Shown here piece by piece: positions 16,812 to 20,478 of a DNA stretch of 20,478 nucleotides (position 1 is its first letter; the number at the start of each line of letters is the position of its first letter). Origin of the DNA: a virus. The notes below the pieces were generated by a model. It was given only the letters and a program-made list of their open reading frames with translations, did not search any database and was not told where the DNA came from. Location: the UHGV virus genome UHGV-0138524. One strand, 5' to 3'. The position numbers and the translations under genes are program-made.

Positions 16812-17990
16812 TTAGCTGTTGACCGATTCGGCCAGATTTACCAGATATTTATCGGTGATACGCTGGCGCAGGGTCAGGCTTTCCAGTGGTGGAACCGGTG
16901 TATAGTCGTAGTCGATATACAGTTTCCCGGCCTTGAGGGTTTCCTTATCGTTCGATTCCTCGTCAAACCAGCATTCACCGTCCACGATGTAGCCGTTTGA
17001 TTTCAGCTCGCGGAATTTGGCGTTAATGCCGTCGACAATGTCACGGATAAGTGATGCGGTGATGGGCTTATCGACCGCCCACATGTGCGCCTCGGCCATC
17101 GTGTCGGCCAGCACCTGCGCGGTGCGGGTGTAGTTCTCAAACAGGAAAAGCGGGTCATCAGAGCAGGTGCGGTTACCCCAAAAGCGGAAGCCATCCTTAC
17201 GCACCAGTGTTGTGAGCCCGGCCTCGTTGAGCAGATCAGCATCGGTGCCGGATGCCTGCAAATCCCAAAACACTGACGCACTGATGCCGGTAACACCCTG
17301 CACGCCGATGTTAGACAGGGTTTTGTGCCAGCCGACGGTCTGGTCGATATAGGCACGCAGGCCGAGTGCGCGCGCAGTTGCGTATGCCGGTGCGGTGGCG
17401 TTTGTGGTGGTATCCCATGCAAGGAAATCAGGCCAGATGACCATCAGCTCGCGCTGGCTGAAATTCTCGCGATAGGCCATCGCCTCGGAAATGGTTTTAC
17501 AACCCCATGCGCTGATATAGCCAAAGGCGCGCAGGCTGATACAGACCGAAGCAAGTGCGACTGCGACCTCTTTGGTATCGAGACCCGGCACGCCGAGAAT
17601 GCGCGGCTTAACGCCGGTGACTGCTTCGGCAGTCAACAGCGCCTTGATGCCGGTATATTTACCGCTCTCATCCGTGCCGCCGATGATATTGGAAATGGTC
17701 TGCGCTTCGGCGTCTTCTCCGGTACCTTCGGCAACACGCACGACAACTGTGACAGGTTTTGACTGGTCGGCGATGGCCTGCAGGGAGGCAGACAACGTGC
17801 CTTTTTTACCGGCTTTTGCAATGGCGCTCTGCACATTGGTAATCAATACCGGTTCGTTGAGGGGGAATGTCTCGGCATCCGCATCGCTGGCCGTGCAGAC
17901 CATGCCGACAATTGCGGTTGCAACAGTGGAAATGACGCGGGTGCCGTCGTTAATCTCAAGCACCTGCACGCCGTGGTGAAAATCACTCAT
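16812..17990 (-). CDS. FI: Tail sheath protein (P2 gpFI-like)
   Basis: MSDFHHGVQVLEINDGTRVISTVATAIVGMVCTASDADAETFPLNEPVLITNVQ... closely resembles P2 FI; start taken at the Met at 17990 (GGAG upstream) rather than the track start at 18017. Confidence 0.85.
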   Translation of the reverse strand: MSDFHHGVQVLEINDGTRVISTVATAIVGMVCTASDADAETFPLNEPVLITNVQSAIAKAGKKGTLSASLQAIADQSKPVTVVVRVAEGTGEDAEAQTISNIIGGTDESGKYTGIKALLTAEAVTGVKPRILGVPGLDTKEVAVALASVCISLRAFGYISAWGCKTISEAMAYRENFSQRELMVIWPDFLAWDTTTNATAPAYATARALGLRAYIDQTVGWHKTLSNIGVQGVTGISASVFWDLQASGTDADLLNEAGLTTLVRKDGFRFWGNRTCSDDPLFLFENYTRTAQVLADTMAEAHMWAVDKPITASLIRDIVDGINAKFRELKSNGYIVDGECWFDEESNDKETLKAGKLYIDYDYTPVPPLESLTLRQRITDKYLVNLAESVNS

Positions 17991-18088
17991 CCGGTTAACT
18001 CCGTGGTTAGTGGGCAAGTGTTATTGTCCTGGCTGGTCTGTTGAGGGGCTATTTGTCAGTGTTGGGTGATGTCTGACACATTGAGACA

Positions 18089-18331
18089 TCAGCAACGGAT
18101 GCGGGAAATTTTTTGTATAGCGTTGAGATACCCGAGGCGATCCAGTTTCCAGACCACAAGCGTATCGCCCTCTGACAAGGTTCTGAGTAACCTCTTTAGC
18201 CCCGGCCAGTCTGATGTTTTGCCGCTGATTTTATCTTCGAAAATCAGCTCGCATCCTGCGCACTCCAGTTCATTTCGCTGTAATGCGGTGTTCTGGTCAT
18301 TTGTTGATACACGTACATAACCGATAAACAT
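18089..18331 (-). pseudogene. Serine DNA invertase (Gin/Hin/Pin family), 3'-truncated remnant
   Basis: MFIGYVRVSTNDQNTALQRNELECAGCELIFEDKISGKTSDWPGLKRLLRTLSEGDTLVVWKLDRLG then unrelated residues and a stop; homologous to the first ~70 codons of the intact invertase at 20066. Confidence 0.75.
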
Positions 18332-18385
18332 GAGAAATAACCCGGTAAAAAGTCGGGATCATGCCAGCTGAACGGAATATCTGCA

Positions 18386-18411
18386 TTTTCTAAAAGGTTG
18401 GTTTAGGAGAT
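18386..18411. other. Crossover site M (degenerate outer half-site) bordering the invertible segment
   Basis: TTTTCTAAAAGGTTGGTTTAGGAGAT; the inner half GGTTTAGGAGA matches sites L and R, the outer half reads AAAGG instead of AAACC. Confidence 0.55.
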
Positions 18412-18765
18412 GCGGCAAAAAAAAATGTTGGCACTGGTTCCGGACAGATTCCGGACATGTCTTCATTTGGTAATCAGCGAGCCGATTCGGGGTATCAATA
18501 CCTGCCAGGCGGGTTAATTCTTCAATGGGCAATAGCCATAACGAGAACATCCCCAGAAACAGTATCATTCCCGATTGCGTTTCCAACCAGGGCGCTATGT
18601 GTTGTTGCAACAGACCAGAGTGTTGGGGGTACAGGTCAAGGTTTTGCGTTAACCGCCCAGGATTTTACGAGAACTAATTTCCAGCTACGCGCTTATCAGA
18701 CAGGAACCAACGCTGAATCATCCATCGGCGCTGGCGGGTTTAACTATTTTGCTGTGGGGTATTAA
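18394..18765 (+). CDS. Tail fibre C-terminal variable cassette (start-less Sv segment, silent in this orientation)
   Basis: Frame open from 18394: KVGLGDAAKKNVGTGSGQIPDMSSFGNQ...FNYFAVGY, paralleling the [19 protein letters not shown] junction of H; followed directly by a Tfa gene. Confidence 0.6.
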   Translation, partial: KVGLGDAAKKNVGTGSGQIPDMSSFGNQRADSGYQYLPGGLILQWAIAITRTSPETVSFPIAFPTRALCVVATDQSVGGTGQGFALTAQDFTRTNFQLRAYQTGTNAESSIGAGGFNYFAVGY

Positions 18766-18768
18766 TAA

Positions 18769-19200
18769 ATGGCTTATTTTTATTCAGCATTAAATAACGC
18801 TTTCTACCCTGATGAGCTCAGAGATGTTTATGAAGCGAGTAGAAACTGGCCTGACGATCTCATAGCCGTCTCAGATGAGACATTCACTGAATATTCGGGG
18901 ATGCCACCAGAGGGTAAAACTCGTGGAGCTACTGAGGATGGAATGCCGGCATGGGTAGACATTCCACCTTTAAGCCATGAGGAGGAAATCGCAGCAGCTG
19001 AAGCTGAAAAACAGTATCGTATCGATCAGGCTAATGAGTATATAAACAGCAAGCAGTGGCCGGGTAAAGCTGCGCTGGGGCGACTTACAGACGACGAGAA
19101 GGCCCAGTATAACGAGTGGCTGGATTATCTCGATGCGCTGGAATCTGTGGACATATCCAGCGCACCAGATATCAACTGGCCTGAGTCGCCGGAGGAGTAG
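18769..19200 (+). CDS. Tail fibre assembly protein (Tfa; Mu U / P2 G family)
   Basis: 143 aa ending ...[28 protein letters not shown], the characteristic Tfa C-terminus. Confidence 0.75.
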   Translation: MAYFYSALNNAFYPDELRDVYEASRNWPDDLIAVSDETFTEYSGMPPEGKTRGATEDGMPAWVDIPPLSHEEEIAAAEAEKQYRIDQANEYINSKQWPGKAALGRLTDDEKAQYNEWLDYLDALESVDISSAPDINWPESPEE

Positions 19201-19603
19201 GCCAGTCCGGGTCTGCTGTATCAACTCGCATCAGCAGCACCCGGTATTTTTTCCATTCGGCTAATGAAACAGTTTCTTCTTCCGTCGCGATCCCCGCATC
19301 AACGGCGTCCTGCCGCCATTCTATTTCAGAGTCAGCTGAAGCACGCAGTCGCGATTTTTCGGCTTCTGCCAACGCAATAATTTCCTCTTCAGTTGGTTCG
19401 GGAATATCTATCCATTCAGGTAAACCATCAGAATTAGGAGCGCGTAATTTTCCGTTAGGTGATTCTCCGGCAAACTCAACGAATACGGAATAGTCTACTT
19501 CAACGGCATCGTCAGGCCAGCTACCTGCATTTTCATAAATACTTTTTAGCTCATCAGCGTAGAACGCATTTTCTTTTGCAGAATAAAACATATTAATCAC
19601 CAT
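19172..19603 (-). CDS. Tail fibre assembly protein, second (convergent) copy
   Basis: 143 aa ending ...[28 protein letters not shown]; 3' ends of the two Tfa genes overlap by 29 bp. Confidence 0.75.
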   Translation of the reverse strand: MVINMFYSAKENAFYADELKSIYENAGSWPDDAVEVDYSVFVEFAGESPNGKLRAPNSDGLPEWIDIPEPTEEEIIALAEAEKSRLRASADSEIEWRQDAVDAGIATEEETVSLAEWKKYRVLLMRVDTADPDWPTPPATQAS

Positions 19604-19946
19604 CCAATCGCGAAAACTCTAAAGCCACCGTAGCCAGCACATGTAATCTGAGTTCTTGTTACCGTCGTATAGTATGATCGGCCCACCGCTAAGCTATATG
19701 CGGCTGTAGAACTCAAATCAACTGCCCCAGTTGATACATCACTAAATAACGGAATCATGCACTCATTTGGGAATGCAATAGGGAAATTCGCAGTTACTGG
19801 TGTCACATAATCAGTTGTAGTAGCACCAAACCACTGCAATATGATCACCCGTTCTTTCCCGGCGACCATTGCCGGGATAGTCATATAGCCTGTAGAGCCG
19901 GTCACACACACCGCTGCGCCTAATTTTGCTCCCTCTCCCAAACCAA
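19597..19946 (-). CDS. Tail fibre C-terminal variable cassette (start-less S'v segment beginning at crossover site R)
   Basis: [30 protein letters not shown]...[10 protein letters not shown]; its first 17 residues are encoded by the 55-bp repeat also present at 1-55. Confidence 0.65.
19892..19946. repeat. 55-bp exact direct repeat, copy 2 (identical to 1-55)
   Basis: See copy 1. Confidence 0.9.
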
Positions 19947-19958
19947 CGTTTTCCGGAA
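19933..19958. other. DNA-invertase crossover site R (gix/hix-like)
   Basis: CTCTCCCAAACCAACGTTTTCCGGAA; core AAACC-AA-CGTTT; lies 107 bp upstream of the intact invertase. Confidence 0.65.
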
Positions 19959-20065
19959 GACATGGTTACTTCTGACGGTGCGGTACCAGACCTGCAGTAC
20001 AGCCAGAAATGACGATGCTCGATACAATGCGAGGGACTATGACATCTAAATAAAAGGGGATTTTT

Positions 20066-20478
20066 ATGCTGATCGGCTATGTAAGGGTGTCAACAAATGA
20101 CCAGAACACTGCGCTGCAAAGAAATGCGCTGGTAAGCGCAGGATGTGAACAAATATTTGAAGACAAAATAAGCGGCACTAAAGCGGAAAGGCCGGGGCTT
20201 AAGCGTTTATTACGGACCTTATCGGAGGGTGATACGCTGGTTGTCTGGAAGCTGGATAGGCTTGGCAGAAGTATGAAACACCTTATCACGCTTATAGAGG
20301 AGTTGCGGGAAAAAGGTGTTAATTTCCGTAGTCTGACAGACAGTATTGACACATCAACACCCATGGGGCGTTTCTTTTTTCACGTCATGGGGGCTTTAGC
20401 AGAAATGGAACGTGAATTAATTGTTGAGAGAACACTGGCCGGACTGGCAGCTGCACGCGAACAGGGACGCATTGGCGG
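20066..20478 (+). CDS. Serine DNA invertase (Gin/Hin/Pin/Cin family), 3' end outside the window
   Basis: MLIGYVRVSTNDQNTALQRNALVSAGCEQIFEDKISGTKAERPGLKRLLRTLSEGDTLVVWKLDRLGRSMKHLITLIEELREKGVNFRSLTDSIDT..., with the catalytic serine context YVRVST; AAAGGGGA upstream. Confidence 0.85.
   Translation, partial: MLIGYVRVSTNDQNTALQRNALVSAGCEQIFEDKISGTKAERPGLKRLLRTLSEGDTLVVWKLDRLGRSMKHLITLIEELREKGVNFRSLTDSIDTSTPMGRFFFHVMGALAEMERELIVERTLAGLAAAREQGRIG

Noticed and set aside
16299-17979. ORFs 16299..16790 (plus), 16325..16666, 17003..17422, 17085..17276, 17167..17352, 17325..17762, 17572..17979, 17633..17836
   Set aside because: Alternative frames inside the tail tube and sheath genes.
17991-18017. 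Longer sheath ORF starting at 18017 (MPTNHGVNR...)
   Set aside because: P2 FI homology begins at MSDFHHGVQ, which has a Shine-Dalgarno-like GGAG upstream; the extension is probably not translated.
18066-18320. Plus-strand ORF 18066..18320 and minus-strand ORF 20077..20364
   Set aside because: Mirror-image antisense frames of the two invertase copies; their similarity to each other only reflects invertase homology.
18359-18610. Minus-strand ORF 18359..18610 and ORF 18970..19224
   Set aside because: Antisense to the tail-fibre cassette and Tfa genes.
1-20478. CRISPR arrays, tRNA or rRNA genes, insertion sequences, retron-like ncRNA
   Set aside because: No spaced direct-repeat array, no cloverleaf-compatible tRNA candidate in the att region, and no transposase-like ORF with terminal inverted repeats was seen by eye; none reported.

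Overview
The window is one P2/186-family temperate phage genome in circularly permuted (attP-type) order, on the minus strand: tail fibre H, baseplate I, a J fragment, then tail genes FI, FII, E/E', T, U, D and ogr; int, a CI-like repressor, B and replication initiator A are also present, with a 186-type cos at 3342-3360. Identifications rest on reading the six-frame translations and on recalled P2/186 sequences; no search was run. The element is defective: a J fragment (1260-1598) abuts a portal Q fragment (about 1594-2040), so the head, terminase, lysis and most baseplate genes are missing, and the tape measure gene carries a frameshift. The most interesting region is the accessory locus around cos: an AT-rich 334-aa ORF with an HExxH motif and its own promoter (2118-3122), and a LexA-box-controlled operon (4434 down to 3569) with a DinI-like protein and a 33-aa hydrophobic peptide. 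The right end holds a Mu G-segment-like invertible tail-fibre cassette (18386-19958) between a truncated and an intact DNA invertase. The first 55 nt of the window are repeated exactly at 19892-19946, with identity ending at the centre of the crossover site. This defines a 19,891-bp circularisable unit; the repeat could also be an assembly artefact. No rRNA, tRNA, CRISPR array or IS element was recognised.
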